Under the pieces are notes generated by a model. The model made no database searches and was not told the DNA's origin. It saw only the letters and a list, made by a program, of their open reading frames with translations. Positions 18,441 through 29,105 of a stretch of 64,000 nt of DNA are shown piece by piece. The translations under genes and the position numbers were made by a program. This DNA is from Nitrosopumilus sp. (GTDB taxonomy: Archaea > Thermoproteota > Nitrososphaeria > Nitrososphaerales > Nitrosopumilaceae). Every line of letters starts with the position of its first letter. Within the stretch, counting starts at the first letter, position 1. The stretch lies in assembly GCA_965205675.1 (NCBI GenBank), contig OZ242186.1, positions 1,152,001 through 1,216,000 of the forward strand, in the 5' to 3' direction.

Positions 18441-19711
18441 TTTTTCACCGATTTTAACGCAGAATGATATGCATCAAGGGTTTTGTTTAGATCTGTTTGA
18501 GTATGAGCATCAGAGAGAAAAACTACTTCAAACTGAGAAGGCGCAATAAATATTCCTTTTTTTAATAAAGTTTGGAATAATTTCTGGAATCTTTTTACGT
18601 TTGCATTCTTTGAACTTTGATAATCTATAACAGGCTTGCCTGTAAAGAAGATCTGAAACATTGATGCTGTAAAATTGATTTGATGTGGTATTTTCATGTC
18701 TGTAGCCATATCATCAAGAGCAGTAGAAAAAAGCAGATTGAATCGCTCAAGTTTAGAGTATAGTTTGTTCTTGATTTTGTTAATTGTTTTAATTGAACTA
18801 ATTGCAGCACTTACAGAAACAGGATTTCCTGCGAAAGTACTTGCCTGATAAACATTACCACCAGGAGAAAGCAAGTCCATAATTTCTTTTTTTCCACCAA
18901 CAGCAGATATAGTAAATCCATTACTCAATGCTTTAGCCATCGTAGTAATGTCAGGTCTTATTCTAAAATGCTCTTGAGCACCACCAGGAGCCACACGGAA
19001 TCCAGTAACCACTTCATCAAAGATTAGCGGGAGATCATTTTCTTTAGTAATTTTGCGTAAATCAGAAAGAAAATTCTTTTCAGGTAAAACAAGTCCCATA
19101 TTGGCAAGAATAGGTTCAACAATAACTCCAGCAATATCTTTATTTTTTTGAATTGTTTTTTGTAAATCTTCAATGTTGTTATACTCTACAACCAGAGTAT
19201 TTTTTGAGACTTCATCTAAACCGCCATCAGATACAGAAATACCATTGTGTGCAGAACCAGAACCAGCTTTTACTAAAACAGAATCATGGGCACCATGATA
19301 GCATCCTTCAAATTTAATTATTTTTTTCTTTTTAGTAAATCCACGAGCTAGTCTGATAGCAGTCATGGTAGACTCCCCACCAGTATTCATTAATCGAACT
19401 TTGTCAATTGATGGAAAATTTCCTATAATCAATTTTGAGAGTTTAATTTCAGACTCAGTTGGAGTGCAGTAGAGAGTCCCCTTTGTAAGTTGATTTGAAA
19501 CCGCAGAGACAATCTCTTTTCGTCCATGGCCCAAAAGTAACGCACCATAACCATTACAAAAATCAATATATTTTTTGTTCTCAGAATCCCAGAGGTATGC
19601 ACCATTTGCTTTTTTTGTAAAGAATGGGTAAGGTTCAAAATATCTAACAGGACTGTTTACACCTGAAGGGATTACCTTTTTTGCAGTATTGAATAATTTC
19701 CGGGACATCAA
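18437..19711 (-). CDS. hemL: Glutamate-1-semialdehyde 2,1-aminomutase
   Basis: GVNSPVR, FEGCYHGAHD and FDEVVTGFR motifs. Confidence 0.97.
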   Translation of the reverse strand: MMSRKLFNTAKKVIPSGVNSPVRYFEPYPFFTKKANGAYLWDSENKKYIDFCNGYGALLLGHGRKEIVSAVSNQLTKGTLYCTPTESEIKLSKLIIGNFPSIDKVRLMNTGGESTMTAIRLARGFTKKKKIIKFEGCYHGAHDSVLVKAGSGSAHNGISVSDGGLDEVSKNTLVVEYNNIEDLQKTIQKNKDIAGVIVEPILANMGLVLPEKNFLSDLRKITKENDLPLIFDEVVTGFRVAPGGAQEHFRIRPDITTMAKALSNGFTISAVGGKKEIMDLLSPGGNVYQASTFAGNPVSVSAAISSIKTINKIKNKLYSKLERFNLLFSTALDDMATDMKIPHQINFTASMFQIFFTGKPVIDYQSSKNANVKRFQKLFQTLLKKGIFIAPSQFEVVFLSDAHTQTDLNKTLDAYHSALKSVKN

Positions 19712-19895
19712 TTAACAGATATTTTTAGTTATTATTAATCGTAATAGAGGGTGCATATTCATCAATGCAATTTTTATTTTATTGCCTGCCATGTGGCATC
19801 AATATCTTGCAGATGCCTTGTTAAACTCTGATATTTCAAATTTTGAGCCCTCATGGTTTTCTGTTCCATGGGTTGCCAGGTCCTCCAGTCAGCGG

Positions 19896-20298
19896 TGCTG
19901 TGTTTCCCAACATGACTAGTTGATCCAATTAATTTCATCACCCAAGCTTTAGATCAGAATATTCTGTATTATTCCATGAACAGAAACTGGAAAAATTACA
20001 ACAAAACACTAGTTAGACGTGGAGAAATCATGTTGTCCTTTGACGCAATGGAATCATGGAGTATGGAACTAAAAGAGATGAATCACAAAAAGGAAGGTCA
20101 TCGATTTGTCTATCCTGAATCCTTCATGGAGGCGCTAGGATACTGTCATCTCTATTTGCATCTTCCATTCAGACAAACAGAAGGTCTGATAAAATCACAC
20201 CTCCAATCCAAAACAAAGACCCCCACATATTCTGCCATTTGGAAACGTGTCAACAAACTTGACATCAAGATGAATCCAAAACTAGGAAAAGACATTGT
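19896..20298 (+). mobile_element. Truncated second copy of the IS5-family element (left end + transposase N-terminus from 19976)
   Basis: Near-identical to the sequence starting at 2864 (one synonymous ACT/ACC difference noticed); identity stops abruptly at GACATTGT. Confidence 0.92.
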
Positions 20299-20338
20299 TG
20301 TATCCCAAAATCAATTCGTCCCTTAATAGAGTAAAGAA

Positions 20339-20685
20339 ACTTTGTTTCCTAATTATTTGAGATATGGGCAAATAGGGATTTTCATTTGTTTTGACATTCC
20401 AATGAACAAAACATGATAAGATCCTTAGCTTTTTTGATTTGAATAATTTGAGAATTGACTCAAAAATTAGAATCAGTTATGCTCAAGTCTCAGATAATTC
20501 ACTATTTACTTTAAAATGCATATAATAGACCTCTTGCGTGATTATAGAGATTTTTTCTCAAATTTTGTATTTTAACAGAATTCATACCTAAAAATTCAAA
20601 TTTCTCAACCAATTTGAAAAATCCTGCAGCAAAATTCACGCCTAGAAATAATTACGCAAGACGTCTAATAATTAGGAAAATCATT
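20339..20685. mobile_element. Putative MITE sharing its IR with the 32.4-kb IS5 relic
   Basis: ACTTTGTTTCCTAATTATT at 20339 (same as at 32441) and inverted AATAATTAGGAAA at 20667-20679; no ORF. Confidence 0.55.
20527..20666. mobile_element. 140-bp MITE with 19-bp IRs and AAT duplication
   Basis: AGACCTCTTGCGTGATTAT versus ATAATTACGCAAGACGTCT (17/19 inverted match), flanked by AAT at 20524-20526 and 20667-20669. Confidence 0.7.
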
Positions 20686-20755
20686 ATCAAGAGATCATAA
20701 TTGATGCATGAATAAATACAATTTCAAACTAATCTTATTCACAATTTATAGCCAC

Positions 20756-21418
20756 TTATGTTTGAAATTTCCCTCTAAAGAGAAATGCTACAGTTATTGT
20801 TCCAACAAAGGGGGCAGTCCAATAAAGCCAGAGATGTTCAAATGTTCCAGATAGTAATGCAGGAGCTAATGCTCTAGCAGGATTCATAGATGCCCCAGAA
20901 ATAAAGGCTAAAAATAAGATATCCAAACCAACTATCCCACCTATAGCAACACCACTAAATCCTCTCAAACCTTTTGTGTACACAACATAGAAAATTACAC
21001 CCATTAACATTGCAGATGCTAAAACTTCAACTGGAAAAATTACAAATATTGAAAAATCAAGATTGGGGGCATTTGCGCCAAGATTTGCTTTTTCTCCAAT
21101 AAATGTTAAAACAAAAAGTGAACCTAACAATGCACCAATAATTTCTGCTGCAAAATAATATACAACTTGAATTTTTGATATATGACCAGTTATGTAGTAA
21201 CCTATCGTTACTGCAGGATTGAAATGTGCCAAAGATATTTTTCCAAAAGAGTATACGCCAATTAATAATGCAATAAATGGGGCAAGAGATGCAAATGGAA
21301 TCCCTAACTGTCCATCAAAAACTTTAGCATCATAAACTATTGAGCCAGTTGCAAAAATTACAAGAATAAAAGTTCCTATTAATTCAACAGTAAAAATTTG
21401 TAAATTAGAGTATAGCAT
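20756..21418 (-). CDS. MIP/aquaporin-family channel
   Basis: HFNPAVT and SMNPARAL (two NPA boxes), about 6 TM segments. Confidence 0.95.
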   Translation of the reverse strand: MLYSNLQIFTVELIGTFILVIFATGSIVYDAKVFDGQLGIPFASLAPFIALLIGVYSFGKISLAHFNPAVTIGYYITGHISKIQVVYYFAAEIIGALLGSLFVLTFIGEKANLGANAPNLDFSIFVIFPVEVLASAMLMGVIFYVVYTKGLRGFSGVAIGGIVGLDILFLAFISGASMNPARALAPALLSGTFEHLWLYWTAPFVGTITVAFLFRGKFQT

Positions 21419-21825
21419 TAATTTGTAGCCTCTAAAGTTTGAATAAGAGCAAGCACTTTAGATTTTATCTCATCTCTAATTGTTCTTACTTTATCAATGG
21501 ATTTTTCTTTTGGATCAGCGATATTCCAATCAATTACATTTTTGACAAACAAAGAAGGACAAGATTCTTTATTTACACATCCCATGTTGACAGTTTTGAA
21601 AGAATTGTTAATCATTGAATCAGTCAATATCTTTGGTTGTTGGTTAATCATATCAATTCCAATTTCTTTCATTACTTGAATTACAATTGGATTAAGTTGA
21701 GATGAAGGAATAGTGCCGGCACTAAAAACATTGAATTTTTTTGGAGCAAATTTTTGAAAAAAAGCCTCAGCCATTTGACTCCTACCAGTGTTTTCCACGC
21801 ATACAAACAGAATATTTTTACACAT
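21418..21825 (-). CDS. arsC: LMW-PTP-type arsenate reductase
   Basis: CVENTGRSQMAE P-loop, MGC..ESCP and WNIADP motifs. Confidence 0.88.
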   Translation of the reverse strand: MCKNILFVCVENTGRSQMAEAFFQKFAPKKFNVFSAGTIPSSQLNPIVIQVMKEIGIDMINQQPKILTDSMINNSFKTVNMGCVNKESCPSLFVKNVIDWNIADPKEKSIDKVRTIRDEIKSKVLALIQTLEATN

Positions 21826-21869
21826 CTATACCATCACATAAATATTAGTTTATATAAATTTAAATTGAT

Positions 21870-22169
21870 ATGAATGGAATTAGTTTGTTAAAATGTATTT
21901 GTGATGAGACACGTTTTGAAATTTTAGACTTGTTACAAAAAAACAGAGAGCTTTGTGTAAATGATTTTGTAGAGAAATTGAAAAAAGATCAACCACTAGT
22001 ATCACACCACCTAAAAACATTGAAAAAATGTGGAATTGTTAAATCAAGAGATGAAGGTAAAAAAGCAATGTATGCAATTTCAAACAATCAATTATCTGAA
22101 TTAATATCAAATGTTACAAAGACTAGCAAGGAAATTCCTATTTTATGTTCAGATGGTAATTGTTGCTAA
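21870..22169 (+). CDS. arsR: ArsR/SmtB transcriptional regulator
   Basis: DETRFEIL, ELCVND, QPLVSHHLKTL and a C-terminal CC; divergent from arsC. Confidence 0.9.
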   Translation: MNGISLLKCICDETRFEILDLLQKNRELCVNDFVEKLKKDQPLVSHHLKTLKKCGIVKSRDEGKKAMYAISNNQLSELISNVTKTSKEIPILCSDGNCC

Positions 22170-22468
22170 AACTTTTCAGTTCGCACTACGCCAACATCAC
22201 TAACATAGAGAACAATTGCAAAGTTTGCAAACAATGTTCTTGAAATTTCTTCTACAACATCTTGTAGTTTTTCTTCACGCATAATCACCTCAACTTTAAT
22301 ATTTTTTTCAGTTTGTAAACCATTGCCACGAATACCACGCGCTCCATTTCCATCAACTTCATAAGTTGTATATCCAGTAATTTTATGTTTGTTTAATATT
22401 TCAATAATATTTTTTTGTGCAAGAATTTCACAAGTAACTGTAAGTAATTTTACGTTGTATAATTTCAT
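22166..22468 (-). CDS. sbtB: PII-like regulator, SbtB type
   Basis: ITGYT..VDGNGARGIR, NIKVEVI and VGVVRTEKF motifs; coupled to sbtA. Confidence 0.82.
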   Translation of the reverse strand: MKLYNVKLLTVTCEILAQKNIIEILNKHKITGYTTYEVDGNGARGIRGNGLQTEKNIKVEVIMREEKLQDVVEEISRTLFANFAIVLYVSDVGVVRTEKF

Positions 22469-23550
22469 ATGAATCCCTTTGTAATGTAATCGAATAAATC
22501 TATCGTTCCATCTCCACCATGCACAAGTGTGGATATTGTAAACAGAATTGGTAACGTGATAATAATGTTAAACGGAAATGTTATTCCCAAGGCAGATGTT
22601 ATGTATAGACTAGGTTTTGCTTGAGGAATCGCATAGCGTAAAATTGCAGGAGCTGCAATAAATGAAGCACTGGCCATCAACAATCCAAACATTACAGCAC
22701 CTCCAACACTCAATCCAAGCACAGTTGCAACTAGAACACCAATTATTCCATTAAATACAGGTATGAGTATGGCAAAGGACATAAGAAAAATACCAACTTT
22801 TTTGATATCATCAAGTCTTTGACCAGCAATTATTCCCATTTCAATCATGAAAATTACTATTGCTCCAGTGAACATATCATCAAATACAATCTTGATGGAT
22901 TCAAACCCCTCTTCACCAATAATGTAGCCAATCACAATACTGCCAAGAAGAATTACAATTGCTTTTCCAGTAATAGATTCATGTAATACTTTTGATAGTT
23001 TTGTTTTTGTTTGGTTTAACTCAATATCAATATCTGTAGAGTTATCATTTGTGAAAGATTGTTTCTTTGCTTTGATCTGTTTTGATACTGCCATGTTTGT
23101 CATAAATATTGCCATAATGAATGCAAGAGGTTCCAGTACTGCAAGAATTGCTGCAATATACCCTTCTGAAGTAACTCCTTGATTTTTTAAAAAAGATAAG
23201 CCGATAGAAAAATGGACTGCACCTACAGCACCATATGTAGATGCTAGTGCATACGAGTCAAAAATATTGAACTTTCCAAGTCTTCGTAAAATTTGATAGT
23301 GATTTAAGGTAAACAACAAAGATAATCCAATTGCAGCTAACATTGGAATCAACATGTTTTCAAATCCGGTATTTCTCATCTCTATTCCACCATGAAGACC
23401 AATTGCAGCTAAAAGATAGATTGGCAAAAATTCTGAAATTGCTTCAGGGATTTTCAAGTCAGATTTTATTCTAGCGGCAATAATTCCAAACAAGAAGAAG
23501 AGAATTATCGGAGTAAGTAAATTAGCTTGAATTAGTTGTAATATATCCAT
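22465..23550 (-). CDS. sbtA: Na+-dependent bicarbonate transporter, SbtA (DUF897) family
   Basis: KSDLKIPEAI, IYLLAAIGLHGG, SASFIAAPA and LGITFPFNI motifs. Confidence 0.9.
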   Translation of the reverse strand: MDILQLIQANLLTPIILFFLFGIIAARIKSDLKIPEAISEFLPIYLLAAIGLHGGIEMRNTGFENMLIPMLAAIGLSLLFTLNHYQILRRLGKFNIFDSYALASTYGAVGAVHFSIGLSFLKNQGVTSEGYIAAILAVLEPLAFIMAIFMTNMAVSKQIKAKKQSFTNDNSTDIDIELNQTKTKLSKVLHESITGKAIVILLGSIVIGYIIGEEGFESIKIVFDDMFTGAIVIFMIEMGIIAGQRLDDIKKVGIFLMSFAILIPVFNGIIGVLVATVLGLSVGGAVMFGLLMASASFIAAPAILRYAIPQAKPSLYITSALGITFPFNIIITLPILFTISTLVHGGDGTIDLFDYITKGFI

Positions 23551-23603
23551 TTGAATATTTCAAAAAAATTTTGCTGAAATAAAAACCAAGGTATTATTAA
23601 AAA

Positions 23604-24590
23604 TCAAACAAAGAGATGAATTAGATAAGTGAATCCAATTGCCATACCGGCCGCACCAGGAATAGTAATTATCCATGAAAATATTATCTGTCTACTAACT
23701 TTCCATCTTACAGCACGCTTCCTACGAGCAGCACCTGAGCCCATAATAGTTCCAGTAATTGCGTGCGTAGTACTAGCAGGAATGCCAAATATTGCAAATA
23801 CTGCCAACATCAATCCACCGCTAGTCTCTGCTGCAAATCCTTGATAGGGTTTGAGTTTTGTAATTTTTACTCCCAAAGTTTTGATTACTTTGTATCCGCC
23901 AAAGAAAGTACCCAATCCCATAGCAGCTGCTGCAGCAAAGATTACCCATAATGGCATCTCAAGTTCAGGAATCATTCCTGCTGAAAAGAGAATTAAAACA
24001 ATAATGCCCATAGTTTTTTGTCCATCATTTGCTCCATGGGTTAGAGCAAACCAAGCTGAAGAAATTATTTGCAATCGACCAAAGGTTTTGTTTACAGGTC
24101 CAGGTTTGCGACTTGCAAATATTGTAATTATTAATGTGGTTACAAGAAGGCCAAAGATTATTCCACCAATCGGAGCAATAACAATTCCTGCAAAGACTTT
24201 GGTAAGGCCGCCATAAACTAATTTTTCAAAGCCCAATCCAGCAATACCTGCCCCCATAATTCCTCCAACTAATGAGTGACTGTTTGAAATAGGTAATCCA
24301 AAATAAGTACATAGAGTACTCCAACTAATTGCACCAGCTAATCCTCCTATAATCATGTAAACTGTAATATCATCAGGGCTAACAATGCCTTTTGCAATAG
24401 TAGTAGCTACAGCTACACCAAAAATAAAAGGACCAATGAAATTCATTGCAGCAGATAAACCTACAGCATGAATTGGTTTTAGAACACGAGTGCCAATAAC
24501 AGTAGCAACAGAATTTGCAGAATCATTAAATCCATTTACAAAATCAAAGATTAACGCTACTATGATTGCACCTATTGCTATCTCTATCAT
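23604..24590 (-). CDS. pit: Inorganic phosphate transporter, PiT family
   Basis: NGFNDSANSVAT, HGANDGQKTMG and PASTTH motifs. Confidence 0.95.
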   Translation of the reverse strand: MIEIAIGAIIVALIFDFVNGFNDSANSVATVIGTRVLKPIHAVGLSAAMNFIGPFIFGVAVATTIAKGIVSPDDITVYMIIGGLAGAISWSTLCTYFGLPISNSHSLVGGIMGAGIAGLGFEKLVYGGLTKVFAGIVIAPIGGIIFGLLVTTLIITIFASRKPGPVNKTFGRLQIISSAWFALTHGANDGQKTMGIIVLILFSAGMIPELEMPLWVIFAAAAAMGLGTFFGGYKVIKTLGVKITKLKPYQGFAAETSGGLMLAVFAIFGIPASTTHAITGTIMGSGAARRKRAVRWKVSRQIIFSWIITIPGAAGMAIGFTYLIHLFV

Positions 24591-24599
24591 TTAATCATC

Positions 24600-25229
24600 T
24601 CAAGTATATTTTAGAACGATGTCTTCAATGACATCTGCAACATCAACACATCTATCTGACGCAGTCTCCATTGTTTCATAAATATCTTTGAGTTTTATGA
24701 TATTGATTGCATCATTAGTTTCAAAGAGTTCTTTGATTGCTTCTCGATACAAATCATCAACAGTGTGTTCAATGTCACTAGTATTTCGACAATGTTGAAT
24801 CATATCTTTTGAATCTTTGATTTTCTGTAGTTTTGATATCATGTATTCTACTTCCTTTGTGGCTTTGACTAGTTCTTCAGCCATTTGTACAGTGTATGGA
24901 GGAGGAGCAGTAATCTTGTAGCTGTATATGCGTGCAGCAATTCCATCCATGAAATCAATCACATCATCAATTTTTGATGCAATTCTCTGCATATCCTCAC
25001 GATCTAAAGGAGTGATGAAGGTCTTGTTTAGTTCAGAGAAAATATCACGTGTTAAAACATCGGCCTCAGTTTCAAGTCGATGGATTTTTTGAACTTGTTC
25101 TAAATTGTCTAGATTGGAGAATAAGACCACTACAGCCTCGGAGGTTTCAACTGCTTTTTTTGCCAAGTTATCAAGAATTGTTAAGAGTTCTTTTTCATTA
25201 GATTTTATCCAAGATAACCATTGTCCCAT
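24600..25229 (-). CDS. DUF47 phosphate transport regulator
   Basis: LETEAD and TFITPLDRED motifs; adjacent to pit. Confidence 0.92.
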   Translation of the reverse strand: MGQWLSWIKSNEKELLTILDNLAKKAVETSEAVVVLFSNLDNLEQVQKIHRLETEADVLTRDIFSELNKTFITPLDREDMQRIASKIDDVIDFMDGIAARIYSYKITAPPPYTVQMAEELVKATKEVEYMISKLQKIKDSKDMIQHCRNTSDIEHTVDDLYREAIKELFETNDAINIIKLKDIYETMETASDRCVDVADVIEDIVLKYT

Positions 25230-25586
25230 GATTTTCTAATTATAATTTTAGAATTAAGGATGACTAACATACAGTATATTGTTCTATATAGAAACAATGA
25301 AAAATAAAAAATATTATCAGAGCGCATTGTAAGAATCATTATTGAAATGAAAAGATAAAGAGATAACGAATTATGTTCAAGGAGAAAAAAAGAATTATTT
25401 TCTCGCCTTGGACTGAGGTTTTCATGAATCAGTGACTCAGATCATTTGTACTAGCATCGCTGTAGTCAATAAAACGTTTCTTGTGCTAATTGGTGTTTTG
25501 ATATTTTTCTCACCATAAACAAGATCAAGTATATATGAAGAGTAATTTGCCATAACGATAACATAAATTTATAAAAAAATAGAAAT

Positions 25587-27167
25587 TTACTCTTCACAAT
25601 TTAATAATAAATCGTTGTAAGAATCTGGAGAATAACATCGATCAGAGTGTTCGCCACCATCAACTACATCAGAGCCAACATGAGAATAAATCACATCAAA
25701 ACCTGACTGACCTTTCAAAATATCATTTCCAGAGTTACCTTTGATTGTATCATCGCCATCTCCACCAGAAATAACATCGTTTCCATGGCCGCCAAATATG
25801 CAATCATTACCTAATCCACCAAAAATAACATCATCTCCAGATAACCCAAAAATAAGATCATCGCCATCAGTACCTTGGATTACATCATCATTTTTAGTGC
25901 CTTCAATGAGATTATAACTAGAATGATTTTGTCCGCACGTCTTTATAGTAATTGTTTGTGAGAGACTAGAGGAATAACCAGCATTATCAAATGCTATCCA
26001 AACAACGGTAGCGACACCAGGAGCAAAAGCATCAGGGGCATTATTGATGATTGCCCTTATCCCACTTTGATCATTTGCGATAGCCTCACCAATAGATACA
26101 AAAGTCAACTGATCTTCAGCTTCAAGTACCAAAGATATAGGAACAGAAAGTGTGGGTTTTGTATTATCAGAGGACACCACATCCAACACAGCATCATCTG
26201 GAACTTTAACAACATCAGAGAGAATTGGTTTTTCATAAAACGGCGTTTCAAAAGATTGAATGGTGTGTTGTGCAGAATCGATAATCAGTAATTCTCCATT
26301 AGTGCCCATTACGATATCAGTAATAACGCTAAATGAATTAGGATAAGAACCAACTCGATCAAAAAAATCCAAATATAAGTTTGAGACTTGTGGGAGATGT
26401 AAAATTCTTTGATTTGCAGAGTTTACAACAAACATATCACCCATTGGATCTATAGCTATAGATTCAGGAGCAAATGTATAGTTTGGAGAATCAAAAACAA
26501 GAGATTCAATAAACTCCCCAGATGCAGTAAACTTTTCTATTTTACCATTTCCTTTGTCACTGATGAAGACATTTCCATCATCATCAATATCAATGCCAAC
26601 AGCAGTTAAAAATTGTCCTTCACCTAATCCACTAGAACCAAATGATGAGATAAATGTTCCATTAGTAGTGAACATTTGAATTCTTTGATTACCAGTATCA
26701 ACCACATACAGAGTACCATTATTTATTGCAATTCCATTTGGAAAGAAGAATTGTCCATCACGAATTCCTTTTTCGCCCCATGCTGCAATAAATTCTCCAT
26801 CAGTGGAAAATTTTTGAATTCTATTTAACTCACGATCTGCAACAAAAACAGTATCATTAGACACAGCTATCCCTGAAGGATAATGAAATTCCCCAGGAAG
26901 AGTTCCACTTTTACCCCACTCTAAAAGATAATCACCAGTACTTGAAAATTTTTGAATACGTTTGTTTCCTAAATCACCGACATAGATGCTTCCATAATCA
27001 TCTATGGTTAGGAGTTGGGGATATGAAAAATGTCCTGCATCTGCAATTCCAAATGATCCCCACTCAGTCAAATAATTATAATTAGTGAGTCCAGAAGAGG
27101 TAGGAACAAAGGAAGTAGCCAATAATAATACAGAGAGAATGGGGATAACCAGATATAGTTTCAACAA
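25587..27167 (-). CDS. Secreted NHL-repeat beta-propeller with an HYR-like domain and RTX-type Ca-binding repeats
   Basis: Signal peptide; repeated GxFxxPxGIA..VxDxxNxRIQKF; C-terminal GGxGxD nonapeptides. Confidence 0.88.
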   Translation of the reverse strand: MLKLYLVIPILSVLLLATSFVPTSSGLTNYNYLTEWGSFGIADAGHFSYPQLLTIDDYGSIYVGDLGNKRIQKFSSTGDYLLEWGKSGTLPGEFHYPSGIAVSNDTVFVADRELNRIQKFSTDGEFIAAWGEKGIRDGQFFFPNGIAINNGTLYVVDTGNQRIQMFTTNGTFISSFGSSGLGEGQFLTAVGIDIDDDGNVFISDKGNGKIEKFTASGEFIESLVFDSPNYTFAPESIAIDPMGDMFVVNSANQRILHLPQVSNLYLDFFDRVGSYPNSFSVITDIVMGTNGELLIIDSAQHTIQSFETPFYEKPILSDVVKVPDDAVLDVVSSDNTKPTLSVPISLVLEAEDQLTFVSIGEAIANDQSGIRAIINNAPDAFAPGVATVVWIAFDNAGYSSSLSQTITIKTCGQNHSSYNLIEGTKNDDVIQGTDGDDLIFGLSGDDVIFGGLGNDCIFGGHGNDVISGGDGDDTIKGNSGNDILKGQSGFDVIYSHVGSDVVDGGEHSDRCYSPDSYNDLLLNCEE

Positions 27168-27235
27168 TTAAAGATGACAAAATTTGAGAAATACCATCAA
27201 GGTTAACTAATATTGTAATTATTGTCAATTTTATC

Positions 27236-28021
27236 TCAAAACGGCTTGTTTACTTCACGCGTAAACACATAGCTTGCCAATCCAATCATGGCCAATACAA
27301 AGGCTACAAGAATACCAAGGCTTAGAATTATGGGAATTCCACCATCAGAAACTCCTGTCATCAATTCTCTAACCAATAAAACGGTATAGGTGACCGGATT
27401 TAATTTTGCAATAGCTGCAAGCCAATCAGGCAATAATTCTAATGGGAATAATGCAGGGCTAAGCATGAAAAGAGGCATTCCAAGAAAATTAATCAGGCCC
27501 CAAAAAGTCTCCTGAGATTTTGCAATAGCTGCAATCATCACAGAAATTCCAGAAAATCCCAAAGAAAATAAAATGACTATGCCCATAATGGGGACAATCA
27601 TTATAGGGTTAGGGAAACTAACTCCAATAGATAGAGCAATTCCCAAAATTAAACTTGCTTGTAGTGCAGCAATTAAAGAAATTGCAGTCATTTTTCCCAG
27701 CGAGATTGCAGAACGGGAAATTGGGGAAGACAAAGCTTTATTCATAAAACCATATCGTCTATCCCACAAAGTATTGACACCTCCAAAGATACTTGTAAAA
27801 ATTGCAGTAAGAATAATTACGCCAGGTGCCATAAATTCAATATATTCACCTTCAAATCCAACTGATTGAATTAACGGTTGAGTTCCAGAAAAAGTATTTC
27901 CAATTACTATAATCCAAATTGCAGGTTGCATTAATCGGATTAGAACTCCACTACGAGATTTTTTATATCTCTTTAACTCTCTCCAAAAAATAGTATAGGT
28001 ATCATAAAAGAAATTATTCAT
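27236..28021 (-). CDS. ABC-2 type permease
   Basis: FMAPGVI, DRRYGF and LNPVTY motifs. Confidence 0.92.
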   Translation of the reverse strand: MNNFFYDTYTIFWRELKRYKKSRSGVLIRLMQPAIWIIVIGNTFSGTQPLIQSVGFEGEYIEFMAPGVIILTAIFTSIFGGVNTLWDRRYGFMNKALSSPISRSAISLGKMTAISLIAALQASLILGIALSIGVSFPNPIMIVPIMGIVILFSLGFSGISVMIAAIAKSQETFWGLINFLGMPLFMLSPALFPLELLPDWLAAIAKLNPVTYTVLLVRELMTGVSDGGIPIILSLGILVAFVLAMIGLASYVFTREVNKPF

Positions 28022-29019
28022 GCACGCAGTCTCTTCATTTTTGCATGTTCACGTTTTCTATTAAACCCAGAATCATTATTTTTAATTTCATGGCCAGTAT
28101 AAGAGATAAAAACATCATCAAGTGTTGGCGAAGTTAACGATATTGATTTTATTTTGAATGTGAGATTAGAAGCAATTTGAAAAATTTTTGGAATTACCTC
28201 AGTACCATTAGAGGCAAACAGAGTTAGTTTAGAACCACCTTCGTTAACTTTATTAATAAATTTGATTTTTTTTATTTCAGACAAGAAAGAATCATAATTA
28301 TCATTTTTATCAATTACAATAGAAATCACTTCATTGCCCATCGCATTTTTCATATTTTCAGGAGAGTCAATTACTTGGATTTTTCCACCATCAATGATCC
28401 CAACTCTATCACATAATTGATCTGCCTCCTCCATATAGTGAGTTGAGACAAAAATAGTCATATCAAACTCAGCGTGAATTTTTTCAATATACTTCCAAAT
28501 TTTTCTGCGAGTCTGAATATCTAATCCAACTGTAGGCTCATCTAGGAACAACACTTTTGGTCTATGTAGTAGCCCTCCAGCAATATCCAATCTTTTTCGC
28601 ATCCCACCAGAATATGTTACAACTGCTTGATCTTGCTTGTCAACAAGTTCAATTAGTTCTAAAATATCATCAATTCTTTTTTTAATTTCATTTTTTGGAA
28701 TATGATTTAATTTTGCCTGCAATAGGAGATTTTCTCTACCAGTCAAATACTCATCTACAGTCGATTCTTGTTGTACATAACCAATATTTTCTCTAACTTG
28801 TTTGGGATTAGCAGATACATCAAACTCTGAAATCAAAGCTTTGCCAGAAGTAGGTTTGAGCAAAGTGGTCAAAATCATCATAGTTGTACTTTTACCAGCA
28901 CCATTAGGTCCAAGAAATCCAAAGATTTCACCCTTTTTGACTGAAAATGAAATATTATTTACAGCAATTACATCGCCAAATGATTTGGTAAGAGATTTAG
29001 TCTCTATTGAATACAACAT
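28018..29019 (-). CDS. ABC transporter ATPase (DrrA-like)
   Basis: GPNGAGKST, YSGGM and LFLDEPT motifs. Confidence 0.95.
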   Translation of the reverse strand: MLYSIETKSLTKSFGDVIAVNNISFSVKKGEIFGFLGPNGAGKSTTMMILTTLLKPTSGKALISEFDVSANPKQVRENIGYVQQESTVDEYLTGRENLLLQAKLNHIPKNEIKKRIDDILELIELVDKQDQAVVTYSGGMRKRLDIAGGLLHRPKVLFLDEPTVGLDIQTRRKIWKYIEKIHAEFDMTIFVSTHYMEEADQLCDRVGIIDGGKIQVIDSPENMKNAMGNEVISIVIDKNDNYDSFLSEIKKIKFINKVNEGGSKLTLFASNGTEVIPKIFQIASNLTFKIKSISLTSPTLDDVFISYTGHEIKNNDSGFNRKREHAKMKRLRA

Positions 29020-29105
29020 ATTGATCGCAGTTATCAATTATAAATTGCTAAGTATTGTAGTCGATCCTCATAAAAAATTTAAAGACCAAATAGCAATTTT
29101 AAGAC

